Shown here piece after piece: positions 1-10,525 of a DNA stretch of 64,000 nt (its first letter is position 1; every line of letters begins with the position of its first letter). Source of the DNA: Frankiaceae bacterium. GTDB lineage: Bacteria > Actinomycetota > Actinomycetes > BP-191. Location: assembly GCA_035556555.1 (NCBI GenBank), contig DATMES010000053.1, forward strand, positions 3,418 through 67,417, in the 5' to 3' direction. The notes beneath the pieces were generated by a model. That model did not search any database, was not told the origin of the DNA, and was given only the letters and a program-made list of their open reading frames with translations. The translations under genes and the position numbers were made by a program.

Positions 1-1119
1 GAAGAACCGCGTGCCCGCCTCGAAGAACGCGTCCGCGACCACCTCGTGCCTGTTGACGTCCATCCAGTGGCTGCTGCAGGAGCGGACGTTCGGGACCTTC
101 TTGGAGAACAGCGCGAGCGGCACGAGCCGCTTGGCGACGCGGTCGATGCGCCACGTCTGGAAGCGGCCGCCCTGCGGCTCCGCTGACGCCGGGTCGTCGG
201 CGCCGCAGGCGTTGAACGACTCCTCGCTGAGCAGCACCGTGTCGCGGTCGAGCCGCATCGTGTTGTGGTGGATGACCTGGTTGGTGCGCGCGTTGTCGGC
301 GGCACTCGTGGCCGCGAGCAGCTGGGGCTTCATCGGGTTGCGCACCGGCGCGTAGACGGCAGTGCCGCCGGTGCCGGACATCCAGACGTTGCCGTACCGG
401 TCGACGTTCACGTCGTGGACCAGGCCGGGGTCGTACGCCTTGTACGCCGCGCCGGCCGGCGTCGCGACGGTGCCCATGAGCTTCGGGTTCGCGGGGTCGC
501 GCAGGTCGGCGACGAGGACGCTGCCGTCGCGGGCGCCGGTGAGGTACGCGTACCGGCAGTCGAGGACGCAGCTCGCGGTGTGGCCGGCGCCGTGCAGGCG
601 CTTGCCGTTCTTGTCGGTGCCGACCTCGGCGGGCAGCGTCAGCGCGGACTTCAGCGTCGGCTTCGCCGGGTCGGCGATGTCGTACACGAAGAGCACGCCG
701 GGCAGCTGCGGGCTGTCGATCGGCGCCGGCGCGGGAGCGGTGGACGTACGCCGGTCCATCGCGATCAGCAGGATCTTGCGCTTCGCGGAGAGGTCCACGT
801 CCTCGTTCTGCCAGAGGGGGAGCGGCAGGTGCGCGGCGACCTGCGGGTTCTCCGGGTCCTTGACGTCGAACACCCACAGGCCGCCGTCGGAGATCGCGTC
901 GCCCGAGGGGCCGCGGTAGCCGGTCGAGCGCGCTGTCGTGTGGAAGTAGTAGCCGCCGGAGAACTTGCCGCCGACGCCCATGCCGGTCGGGACGTTCTTG
1001 AGGAGGCGGACGTTCGACGACGTGCTGTACGTCGTGAGCGGCGTCGGCGGGTACGCGAACGCGGCCGGCGAGAGGAGGGCGAGCGCGGAGATCGAGGCGA
1101 CGAGAAGGCGTCGGGGCAT
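1..1119 (-). CDS. secreted LVIVD-repeat (beta-propeller-like) protein, 3' end cut by window edge
   Basis: The reverse frame is open from ATG (1119-1117) to base 1. It is absent from the ORF track because it runs off the edge. My translation starts MPRRLLVASISALALLSPAAFA (signal peptide) and shows repeated LVIVD-like units (GGLWVFDVKDPENP, GVLFVYDIADPAKP, GSVLVADLRDPANP). Confidence 0.6.
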   Translation of the reverse strand, partial: MPRRLLVASISALALLSPAAFAYPPTPLTTYSTSSNVRLLKNVPTGMGVGGKFSGGYYFHTTARSTGYRGPSGDAISDGGLWVFDVKDPENPQVAAHLPLPLWQNEDVDLSAKRKILLIAMDRRTSTAPAPAPIDSPQLPGVLFVYDIADPAKPTLKSALTLPAEVGTDKNGKRLHGAGHTASCVLDCRYAYLTGARDGSVLVADLRDPANPKLMGTVATPAGAAYKAYDPGLVHDVNVDRYGNVWMSGTGGTAVYAPVRNPMKPQLLAATSAADNARTNQVIHHNTMRLDRDTVLLSEESFNACGADDPASAEPQGGRFQTWRIDRVAKRLVPLALFSKKVPNVRSCSSHWMDVNRHEVVADAFFEAGTRFF

Positions 1120-1172
1120 GGGTCAGTTCTTCGATGCGGCCGGCACGAACGCCTGCTGGCAGGATGTCGCGC

Positions 1173-2858
<1,686 letters not shown>

Positions 2859-2873
2859 CACGTATGCGCCGTT

Positions 2874-2887
2874 CCCCGCGCGCGGGG
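2874..2887 (+). terminator. GC palindrome just downstream of ettA (possible intrinsic terminator stem)
   Basis: The perfect palindrome ccccgcgcgcgggg lies 16 nt after the ettA stop. There is no clear U-tract. Confidence 0.35.
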
Positions 2888-3011
2888 CCGATGCTACGGT
2901 GACCGCCGGCCCGCCTGGAGATGGCTGCGTGACGTTCGGGGGAGCGATACGACGTTCCGGCGTTCGGTCGTCGCGGCGGTGAGCGTGTGAGCCGTTCTCG
3001 CGGCTCCCCCG

Positions 3012-3623
3012 GTGGCAGGACCTGTGCCGCAGATGACGGACCCCTCGAACGACGCCAACGCCGGCGGTTACTGGCGCAGTCAGGACACCTCGACGCCTGT
3101 CGGCAGCCAGGCGTATGCCGACGTCACGGCCGTCGAGTTCCGGACGATGAGAACCACTCGAGTCGTACGTGGGAAGCGGACTACGGCGGTGACCGGCTTC
3201 ACCGTGACGATGCGGCTCAGCGCGCCGCCCGCGCCGCCCGGCGGCAGCGTCGGCGTCTACCGCGTGCTCGCGCAGGGTCCGGGCTGTCTGTTCGGCGTCG
3301 ACTACTACACCCGGGAGGTTGCGGGACAGGCCGGCGCGGCCATCCAGGAGTGGTGCGTCGGGTCGTCGATCCGCCGCATCGCGCTCAAGCCGCCGTCGGT
3401 CAAGGGCGCGGCGATCACGTGGACCGTGCCGCTGGCCGCGTTGCCGAGAAATACCAAGGCCGTCGCGGGCACGACCCTCACCGACCTGCACTTCCAGGTG
3501 CTGGTGCGACCCCACGACACGCTGTGCGCGGGTGCGCCCGGGACCCCGGCCGAGGAGCGCGAGCCCTGTGCCGTCGTCCTCGACGACACCCTCGACCGGG
3601 GCGGGACCTACACGATCCGCTAG
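3012..3623 (+). CDS. hypothetical protein
   Basis: The 203-aa ORF has protein-like composition and no recognisable motif. The start is uncertain (GTG 3012 or ATG 3033). Confidence 0.45.
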   Translation: MAGPVPQMTDPSNDANAGGYWRSQDTSTPVGSQAYADVTAVEFRTMRTTRVVRGKRTTAVTGFTVTMRLSAPPAPPGGSVGVYRVLAQGPGCLFGVDYYTREVAGQAGAAIQEWCVGSSIRRIALKPPSVKGAAITWTVPLAALPRNTKAVAGTTLTDLHFQVLVRPHDTLCAGAPGTPAEEREPCAVVLDDTLDRGGTYTIR

Positions 3624-4003
3624 CGCCCCATCGGCAGCGCGGGTGGGTCCGCGCAGTGGAACTTCGGACCTCCGCTACCCCAGACGCGGCAGACGTGAGT
3701 GAGCGACGGCGCAAACGCCTGGCCGTTGCCCTCACAGGCCGCGGCCTCGCCGGCGACGGCACTGCCGTAGCAGCTGTCGATGACGACACCGTTGAAGACG
3801 ACCTCGACGGCGATCCAGACTCCCTCACCCTCCCTCGCGGTCGCCACACCGCCGAACACGAAGGCGCCCGCAGGCGCCTCGAACGCGCAGGTATCGCCGC
3901 TGCGCCAGTTCAGGACGACGCAGGCTGGTGCCGCCGCCGCCGGGCTGGCCAAGGGCATCAAGAGCCCGAGTACCGCAGGTACCAGGAGATGCCGAGCGCG
4001 CAT
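3620..4003 (-). CDS. small secreted Cys-rich protein
   Basis: 127-aa ORF with signal peptide MRARHLLVPAVLGLLMPLASPAAAAP and 8 Cys in the mature part. Its stop shares the CTAG tetranucleotide with the convergent ORF. Confidence 0.5.
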   Translation of the reverse strand: MRARHLLVPAVLGLLMPLASPAAAAPACVVLNWRSGDTCAFEAPAGAFVFGGVATAREGEGVWIAVEVVFNGVVIDSCYGSAVAGEAAACEGNGQAFAPSLTHVCRVWGSGGPKFHCADPPALPMGR

Positions 4004-4251
4004 GGTGCAGGCAGTCGCGGGCGCGCATCGCGCGCTGGGAGCCGAACCGCCACTCTCTACACGCGGAGACAGTGGCGTCCTTACCGATCGCGACGTGCTC
4101 CTTCGTCCGTGACCGAGTCCGATCGCGCGGCGAGGTCCCCGGTGTCATCGGGGCGATGTCGCTCGGTGGTCGACAACTGCCACGTCTGAGTTGGTGCCGT
4201 ACGTCCCCGGCGCGGTTGGATGGAGCCACAGCCGACGACTAGGAGTACGAC

Positions 4252-4686
4252 ATGGTGATGCGTTCCGCGACGACCACGTGGGAAGGCGAGCTGTTCACGG
4301 GCAAGGGCACCGTGGCGCTCGACTCGTCCGGGGCGGCAGGTCCGCTCGACGTCAACTGGCCGGCGCGTGCCGAGAGCCCGAACGGCGTCACCTCGCCCGA
4401 GGAGCTCATCGCCGCCGCCCACGCGTCCTGCTACTCGATGTCGCTCGCCAACGGCCTCGCGAAGCTCGGCACGCCCGCCGAGCGCCTCGAGACGACCGTG
4501 CAGGTGCACATCGAGAAGGGCGAGTCGGGCTTCGGCATCACGCGCTCGGAGATCAAGGTGCGCGGCACCGGGTCGTTCGACGAGGCGGCGTTCACCGAGG
4601 CGGCGCAGACGGCGAAGGCCGCGTGCCCCGTCTCGCGCGCGCTGAGCAATGACATCGAGGTCACGCTGGACGCGGGTCTCGCGTAG
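4252..4686 (+). CDS. OsmC/Ohr-family peroxiredoxin
   Basis: 144 aa with an OsmC-like pattern (SPEELIAAAHASCYSM ... AKAACPVSRAL, two conserved Cys). A TAGGAG Shine-Dalgarno sequence lies upstream of ATG 4252. Confidence 0.9.
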   Translation: MVMRSATTTWEGELFTGKGTVALDSSGAAGPLDVNWPARAESPNGVTSPEELIAAAHASCYSMSLANGLAKLGTPAERLETTVQVHIEKGESGFGITRSEIKVRGTGSFDEAAFTEAAQTAKAACPVSRALSNDIEVTLDAGLA

Positions 4687-5085
4687 TTGTTCACGCACGA
4701 GACGCCGGTGCGCTTCGGCGACACCGACGCGATGGGGCACGTCAACAACGCGACGTTCCTCACGTACCTGGAGGACACCCGCGTGGCGTTCTTCCGGCAC
4801 GTCAGCGGTGAGCTCATCGTGCTGGCCGGGCTGATCCTCGCGCGGACGGAGATCGACTTCGTGAAGCCGATCCTGTTCGGGGTCGGCCCGGTCAGGACGA
4901 CCGCGTGGGTCGAGCGCGTCGGGACGAAGTCGTTCTCGATGGGCTACACGATGGAGCAGGACGGCGCGGTCGTCGGGCGGGCGGTGGCGGTGATGGTGGC
5001 GTACGACTACGCCGCCGGCGCGTCCCGCCCGCTGACCGACGAGGAGAAGGCCGCGCTGGCGCCGTACGCGGGAGGCCCCGCGTGA
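4687..5085 (+). CDS. hotdog-fold acyl-CoA thioesterase (4HBT/YbgC-like)
   Basis: The N-terminus RFGDTDAMGHVNNATFLTYLED is typical of 4HBT thioesterases. The TTG start lies immediately after the OsmC stop. Confidence 0.85.
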   Translation: MFTHETPVRFGDTDAMGHVNNATFLTYLEDTRVAFFRHVSGELIVLAGLILARTEIDFVKPILFGVGPVRTTAWVERVGTKSFSMGYTMEQDGAVVGRAVAVMVAYDYAAGASRPLTDEEKAALAPYAGGPA

Positions 5086-5489
5086 GCGAGGCGGTGGTCC
5101 GCGACTACTGGCGGCGGGTGTGGTGCGAGGCGTCGGAGGACGCCGTCCGCGAGCTGTACGCCGACGACGCCGTCGAGAACGACGAGCCGATCGACAGGGA
5201 CGGCTTCGCCGCGATGGTCACGGCCTGGTTCACGAAGTTCCCCGACTTCACCGCCACCGTGGACGACCTGTTCAGCGCCGACGACGGGCGCGTCGTGACG
5301 AGGGTGACGTACCGCGGCACGCACCGGGGCCCGTGGGCAGGCCTGCCGGCGACCGGGAGGTCGTTCAGCGCGCTCGGCCTCGACGTGTTCACGGTGCGCG
5401 ACGGGCGGATCGTGGAGCACTGGCACAGCACCGACCACTACGACCTCGTCGTGCACCTCGGCGGGAAGGTCGTCCCGAAGGAGTCCTGA
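5082..5489 (+). CDS. SnoaL-like / ester cyclase family protein
   Basis: The in-frame GTG at 5082 overlaps the upstream stop (GTGA). The sequence VRDYWRRVW...FTKFPDF...YRGTHRGPWAGLPATGR...VRDGRIVEHW matches the ester-cyclase pattern. Confidence 0.8.
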   Translation: MSEAVVRDYWRRVWCEASEDAVRELYADDAVENDEPIDRDGFAAMVTAWFTKFPDFTATVDDLFSADDGRVVTRVTYRGTHRGPWAGLPATGRSFSALGLDVFTVRDGRIVEHWHSTDHYDLVVHLGGKVVPKES

Positions 5490-5965
5490 TGGGCGCGGTG
5501 CGCAAGGGCAGGTTCGCCGCCGAGATCGAGGGCGACTTCGTCGTGCTGGTCATCGGCATGCGGTTCAACAAGCCCTGGGCGGTGCACAGGTGGGCGCCGA
5601 TCGCGAAGGCGTTCACGGCCATGGTCAAGCACCTCGGCACGCATCCCGAGCTCGGCTGCCTCGGCGTCGAGCAGGCGTTCGGCCGCACGACGATCTCGGT
5701 GCAGTACTGGCGCGACTTCGAGTCGTTGCGCAGGTTCGCCCGCGACCCCGGGCTGCCGCACGCCGAGCCGTGGCGGCGCTTCAACCGGCTGGTCGCGGAC
5801 TCCGGCGACGTCGGCGTCTACCACGAGACGTACCTCGTGAAGGACGGCGCGTACGAGGCGATCTACACCAACCTGCCGCCGTTCGGGCTGGCGGCCGCAT
5901 CGTCACTGGTGCCGGTCGCGCGGCGCGGCGAGTCGGCCTCAGCGCGGCTCGGCCTGCCCGACTAG
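5489..5965 (+). CDS. DUF4188-like (Dabb/monooxygenase-like) protein
   Basis: The ATG at 5489 overlaps the upstream stop (TGATG). The sequence FVVLVIGMRFNKPW...ISVQYWRDFESLRRFA...VGVYHETY resembles DUF4188. Confidence 0.7.
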   Translation: MGAVRKGRFAAEIEGDFVVLVIGMRFNKPWAVHRWAPIAKAFTAMVKHLGTHPELGCLGVEQAFGRTTISVQYWRDFESLRRFARDPGLPHAEPWRRFNRLVADSGDVGVYHETYLVKDGAYEAIYTNLPPFGLAAASSLVPVARRGESASARLGLPD

Positions 5966-6144
5966 AAGGCTTGGCGAGACGGTGCTGTGTTCACGGAGCG
6001 TGACCGCAAGGCGCTTGCCGCGCGACCTCACCTTGATCGGGGTGCGAATTGCTCCTTCTCCCCGCACAGACCGCAACCCGGTTGCGGCAGCAGGGCGGGG
6101 ACCGTCACCGCGAGTGATCGCTGGTGGTTCGTCGCCAAGCGCTA
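5966..6144 (+). repeat. MITE-like interspersed repeat, family 1, copy 1 (fills the whole convergent intergenic space)
   Basis: The ends ggcttggcgagac / gtcgccaagcgctac are inverted. The core atcggggtgcgaattgctccttctccccgcacagaccgcaacccggttgcgg recurs at 35.39 kb (same orientation) and 48.7 kb (inverted). Confidence 0.6.
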
Positions 6145-7212
6145 CTACGTGACGTTCAGCCCCGCGGACTCGCAGCCCTCGCGGAGCGCCGCGAGGCCGT
6201 ACGCCTCGACCGGGCCGAGCGCGCCGGTGCCCTTGATCTCGTCGGCGTGCATCGCGCCCCACGCCAGCACCTCGGCGGTGAAGGTGTAGCCGTCCACACC
6301 GACGGCGCGCGCGGTCGCGAGCTCGTCGCCGGTGGCGTCGTACGCGATCGCCACGACGTGGCTGCCGCCCTGCCTGCGGGTCTCCTCGTCAGGGCCGCTG
6401 CCGGGCGCGGGCATCGGCACCGCCTTGAGGAACGCGCGCATCGCGGCCTCGACGCCCGGCACCTTGTCGGCGACGGCGCTGCCCGCCTGGACGCCGCGGG
6501 AGAGGTTGCCGAACCAGCCGAGGTACGCGTTGACCTCGCGCAGCCGCGGCGCGATCCGCGGCAGCGCGAAGTGCTCGGACGAACCGATCGAGACGCCGTC
6601 GCGGGACTCGCCGTCGACGTCGAACGACCGCACGCTCTTGGCGCTCCGCTCGTCGCGCAGCGCGCCGTCGGTGAACCGGAACGACTCGGGCGACGACGTC
6701 ATGAGCGACGCGAACGTCCCCGCGCTGAACGCGCCCTTGCCCGTCGTGAAGTACCCGACGTCGACCCGCGTCGCGGCGTCGCCCGCCCGCTCCAGGGCGA
6801 CGGCGGCGGCGAGGTTGCCGGGGACGTAGTCGTAGCCGAACGCCGTGATCATCGGCGACTGCGCGCGCGGGCCGAACTCCTCGAACACCCGCCGGATGAA
6901 CGGGGGCTCGCCCGTGCTGTCGAGGTACGTCGCGCCGTTCCTGATGGCGGACTCGACGGCGGGCTCGCCCCACTTCGCGAACGGCCCCACCGTCGAGACG
7001 AGCACGCCGCCGTCGGCGACGAGGCGGTCCACGGTGGCGGGCTCGGCGACGTCCGCGACGGCGATGTCGAGGCCGCCGAGGCTCGTCGCGAGCTCGGTCA
7101 GCGCGTCGCGGTTGCGGCCGGCGAGGACCGGGCTCGCGCCACGGCGTACCAGCGCCTCCGCGGTGAGGCGGCCGGTGTAGCCGGTGGCTCCGAACAGCAC
7201 GATCCGCGTCAC
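6145..7212 (-). CDS. saccharopine dehydrogenase-like NAD(P)-binding protein
   Basis: The in-frame GTG at 7212 gives VTRIVLFGATGYTGRL (Rossmann GxxGxxG). The 355-aa length fits the saccharopine dehydrogenase-like family, and the start overlaps the upstream stop (GTGA). Confidence 0.85.
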   Translation of the reverse strand: MTRIVLFGATGYTGRLTAEALVRRGASPVLAGRNRDALTELATSLGGLDIAVADVAEPATVDRLVADGGVLVSTVGPFAKWGEPAVESAIRNGATYLDSTGEPPFIRRVFEEFGPRAQSPMITAFGYDYVPGNLAAAVALERAGDAATRVDVGYFTTGKGAFSAGTFASLMTSSPESFRFTDGALRDERSAKSVRSFDVDGESRDGVSIGSSEHFALPRIAPRLREVNAYLGWFGNLSRGVQAGSAVADKVPGVEAAMRAFLKAVPMPAPGSGPDEETRRQGGSHVVAIAYDATGDELATARAVGVDGYTFTAEVLAWGAMHADEIKGTGALGPVEAYGLAALREGCESAGLNVT

Positions 7213-9242
7213 AGCAGCTCCAGTCCGAGTTGGGCGGCGAAGAACGCCATGGTGTCCACCGACAGCTCGACGCCGCGGCTGATGGAGCGGGCGCCGTGGC
7301 CGACGTCCTTCTCGCGGCGGTGCAGGATGCGGCGTTCGCTCGACGTCGCGTGCTGCAGCGCGGCGCACATCTTGCGGGCGTGGAACGGGTCCACGCGCGT
7401 GTCGCTGTCGAACACCGTGAACAGCACCGCCGGGTACGCCGTCCCCTCGCGCACCGCGTGGACCGGCGAGTAACCCAGGAGCCAGCCGAACTCCGTGGGG
7501 TCGTCGGCGGTGCCGTACTCGTCGTTCCACGTCTGGCCGAGGCCGAAGCGCTCGTACCGCACCATGTCGAGCAGCGGCGCGGAGCAGACGACGGCGTCGT
7601 ACAGGTCGGGCCGCTGGGTCAGCGCGGCGCCGACGAGCAGGCCGCCGTTGGAGCCGCCGGAGATGCCGAGGCGGGAGGCGACACCGTTGGCGCGCAGCCA
7701 CTCCGCGGCCGCGTGGAAGTCGTCGAACGTGTTCTGCTTCCGCTCGCGCATCCCCGCGCGGTGCCACTCCTCGCCCTCCTCGGAGCCGCCGCGCAGGCAG
7801 GCGATGGCGTACGTCCCGCCAGCCTCGACCCACGCCGCGATCGCCGCGGAGTAGCCGGGGGTCATCGAGATGTTGAAGCCGCCGTAGCCGTTGAGGATCG
7901 TCGGCCGGGGTACGTCGCCCGGCGGCGAGAGCACGAACATCGGGACCTGTGTGCCGTCCTTCGAGGCGTAGAACACCTGGCGCGCAACGACTTCGGGCAC
8001 GTCGACCGTGCCCGGCGGCTCGGCCCAGACGGTGACGTCACCGGTCGTCGCGTCGAGCTGGTGCACGCGCGGTGGCGTGACGAAGTCGGTCCAGCCGAAC
8101 CACGCGTGGTCGCCCCCGTCGGGGTCGCTGCCAGGCCCGCCGATCGAGCCGAGACCGGGCAGCGTGACGTCGTAGCGGTGCGCGCCCGTCTCCCTGTCGT
8201 GGACGGCGAGGACGCTGACGGCGTGCGTCGTGTGCGCGACGACGAGCGCGTCGTCGGTGAGCGCCCAGCCGTCGAGGACGGCGTCGGGGCGTTCGGGGAT
8301 CAGGTCGCGCCAGTGCTCGTACTCCGGCTTGTCGGGGGTCGTGACGCAGAGGCGGCCGCGCGGCGCGTCGCGGTCGGTGGAGACGTACAGGCGGCCGTCG
8401 CGGTGCACGTGCAGACCGGTCTGCGCGTCGACGCCGACCTGGACCTCTCTGAGTACGCCGTCGCCTTGCAGGTCGGCGAGCCAGACGTCGTCCCGTGGCG
8501 CCGTACCCGCGCTGGCGGAGACGACGAGCCAGCGGCCGTCCATGGAGACGGAGACGTTGTAGTAGTTGGTCTTGTCGAGCCCCGCGCCGTGGATCTCGCG
8601 GTCGTCGTCGTGCGGCGTGCCGAGACGGTGGAGGTAGACGCGGCGGTGCAGCTGCTCCTCGCCGGCGGGGACCTCGGTCACCGGGAGACGGCGGACGTAG
8701 TAGTACGACTCGCCGCCGGGCAGCCACGCGACGGGGGAGTAGCGCGTGCGGTCGACGGGGCCGTCCACGGTCTCGCCGGTCGTCACGTCCATGACGCGCA
8801 GCAGGCTCTCCTCGGTGCCGCCGGTGGAGAGCTGGTACGCGAGCAGCGCCCCCTCCTTCGACGGCTGCCAGGCGTCAAGCGTCGTGGTGCCGCTCGCGTC
8901 CACGGCCATCGGGTCGACGAGCGTCCGCTCGGTGCCGTCCGGCTCGCGGACGAGAAGGACGGCGTGCTCCTGCTCCGGGCTGCGCCGCATGAAGAACGCG
9001 CGGCCCTGGCGCCACGCGGGCGCGCTCACCATGCCCGCGCCGAGCAGCGCGGTGATGCGCTTCCGCAGGTGGTCGCGGCCGTCGTACGAGTCGAGCGTCG
9101 CGCGGCAGAGCGCGTCCTGCGCCTCGGACCACGCGCGGGTCTCGTCGGAGTGCGGGTCCTCGAGCCAGCGGTACGGGTCGGCGACGTCGTGGCCGTGGAT
9201 GCGTTCGACGAGGTCGAGCCGCCGCGCCGGGGGGTACGCCAT
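7209..9242 (-). CDS. prolyl oligopeptidase (S9A serine peptidase)
   Basis: The N-terminal DPYRWLED motif, the beta-propeller region, the nucleophile motif GGSNGGLL and the C-terminal DTRV...H are present. The likely start is MAYPPARR at 9242. Confidence 0.9.
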   Translation of the reverse strand: MAYPPARRLDLVERIHGHDVADPYRWLEDPHSDETRAWSEAQDALCRATLDSYDGRDHLRKRITALLGAGMVSAPAWRQGRAFFMRRSPEQEHAVLLVREPDGTERTLVDPMAVDASGTTTLDAWQPSKEGALLAYQLSTGGTEESLLRVMDVTTGETVDGPVDRTRYSPVAWLPGGESYYYVRRLPVTEVPAGEEQLHRRVYLHRLGTPHDDDREIHGAGLDKTNYYNVSVSMDGRWLVVSASAGTAPRDDVWLADLQGDGVLREVQVGVDAQTGLHVHRDGRLYVSTDRDAPRGRLCVTTPDKPEYEHWRDLIPERPDAVLDGWALTDDALVVAHTTHAVSVLAVHDRETGAHRYDVTLPGLGSIGGPGSDPDGGDHAWFGWTDFVTPPRVHQLDATTGDVTVWAEPPGTVDVPEVVARQVFYASKDGTQVPMFVLSPPGDVPRPTILNGYGGFNISMTPGYSAAIAAWVEAGGTYAIACLRGGSEEGEEWHRAGMRERKQNTFDDFHAAAEWLRANGVASRLGISGGSNGGLLVGAALTQRPDLYDAVVCSAPLLDMVRYERFGLGQTWNDEYGTADDPTEFGWLLGYSPVHAVREGTAYPAVLFTVFDSDTRVDPFHARKMCAALQHATSSERRILHRREKDVGHGARSISRGVELSVDTMAFFAAQLGLELL

Positions 9243-9339
9243 ACGGCCCAACCTATCCGGCCACACTCGGCTGTCCTCACGGCTGCTCGTGCAACGGCTC
9301 GGGCCTGCGGCGCGTTGTCCGCGTGTGACACTCGGACGC

Positions 9340-10476
9340 GTGACGAACGACGCCCGCAGGCTCCTCGCGATCGGCGCCGCGGCGCTGCTCGTGGGCGGCA
9401 GCGGCGCGGTCGCCGCCGTGCGTCACTCGTCTCCCGCCGTTCGTACCGTCGCCGCTGTGCCTTCGGTCACGCCTTCCGCCGTGAAGCCCTCGCCGTCGCC
9501 GACGGCGGCCCGCGTCACGCCGCCGAAGTCCCCGACGAAGGCGCCGGTCGCGAAGCCGCTCTACCCGCTGCCGGCCGGCCCCGTCGCGCTGACCGGCTGC
9601 CCGCCGCCGAAACGCCCGCGCGGCGGCACGCCGTACAAGCCGTGGCGTCCCTCCGTCGTCGTGCCGGAGTCGGCGTTGCCCGCCGCGCTGCCCGCGCTGG
9701 CGCGCAAGCCCTCGCTGGACGCGCTGCGCGGCAAGGGCATGTGGACGTACGAGTGGGAGCGCACCGAGGGTGGCTCCGCGGCGGCGGTCGTTCGCAAGGC
9801 GAAGGCCGCGGGCCTCACGTCGATCTGGGTCCGTACGGGCTCCTCGAAGTCCGGTTTCTACGCCGCGCCCGAGCTGCGTGCGCTGCTGCCGCTGGCACAC
9901 GCCGCCGGCATCAAGGTCGTCGCGTGGGACTTCCCGTACCTGTACGACCCGGTCGCCGACGCCACGCGCGCCGCGCGGACGCTGGCGTTCTCGGTCGGCG
10001 GGCACCGGATCGACGCGTTCTCGCCGGACATCGAGTCGCCGAGCGAGGGGACCCAGCTGACGCGCAAGCGGCTCCGCGTCTACCTCGGGCTGGTGCAGCG
10101 CGCCGTCGGCGAGCGCCCGGTCGTCTCGACCGTGCCGCCGACCAACGACCACTGGTGGAAGACGTACGACTACCGGACGCAGGTGCCGTACGTCGACGCG
10201 TTCGCCGTGATGGCGTACTGGAACTGCAACGAGCCCGGCCGCGAGATCGTCCGGTCGATCGGGCGGCTGGCGCCGTTCGGGAAGCCGCTGCACTTCATCG
10301 GGCAGGCGTTCGACTTCGGGCCGTACGGCGGCCGTCGCGGTGACCCGACAGGCCGGGAGGTCTGGCGCTTCGTGGACGTCGCGAAGCGGCGCGGCGTGCT
10401 GGGCGCGTCGCTCTACGTCTGGCAGCACTCGACCGCCGAGCAGTTCCGCGCCCTCGGCGCGTACCCCTGGGGATAA
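9340..10476 (+). CDS. membrane-anchored/secreted protein with glycoside-hydrolase-like TIM-barrel C-terminal domain (uncharacterised)
   Basis: The in-frame start is GTG 9340 (or 9325). The protein has a hydrophobic N-terminal anchor, a Pro-rich linker and a domain GMWTYEW...IWVRTG...KVVAWDFPY...AFSPDIE...AVMAYW. Confidence 0.6.
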   Translation: MTNDARRLLAIGAAALLVGGSGAVAAVRHSSPAVRTVAAVPSVTPSAVKPSPSPTAARVTPPKSPTKAPVAKPLYPLPAGPVALTGCPPPKRPRGGTPYKPWRPSVVVPESALPAALPALARKPSLDALRGKGMWTYEWERTEGGSAAAVVRKAKAAGLTSIWVRTGSSKSGFYAAPELRALLPLAHAAGIKVVAWDFPYLYDPVADATRAARTLAFSVGGHRIDAFSPDIESPSEGTQLTRKRLRVYLGLVQRAVGERPVVSTVPPTNDHWWKTYDYRTQVPYVDAFAVMAYWNCNEPGREIVRSIGRLAPFGKPLHFIGQAFDFGPYGGRRGDPTGREVWRFVDVAKRRGVLGASLYVWQHSTAEQFRALGAYPWG

Positions 10477-10525
10477 CTTCCTGTCACACCCCTCCTCCAG
10501 GCTCTGCGTCCAGGAGGTGAGGCCC

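Noticed and set aside
7230-10343. 1037-aa ORF on the plus strand
   Set aside because: It runs antisense through the prolyl oligopeptidase gene and out of frame through the next gene. It has no motifs and an extreme Arg/Ala/Gly content.
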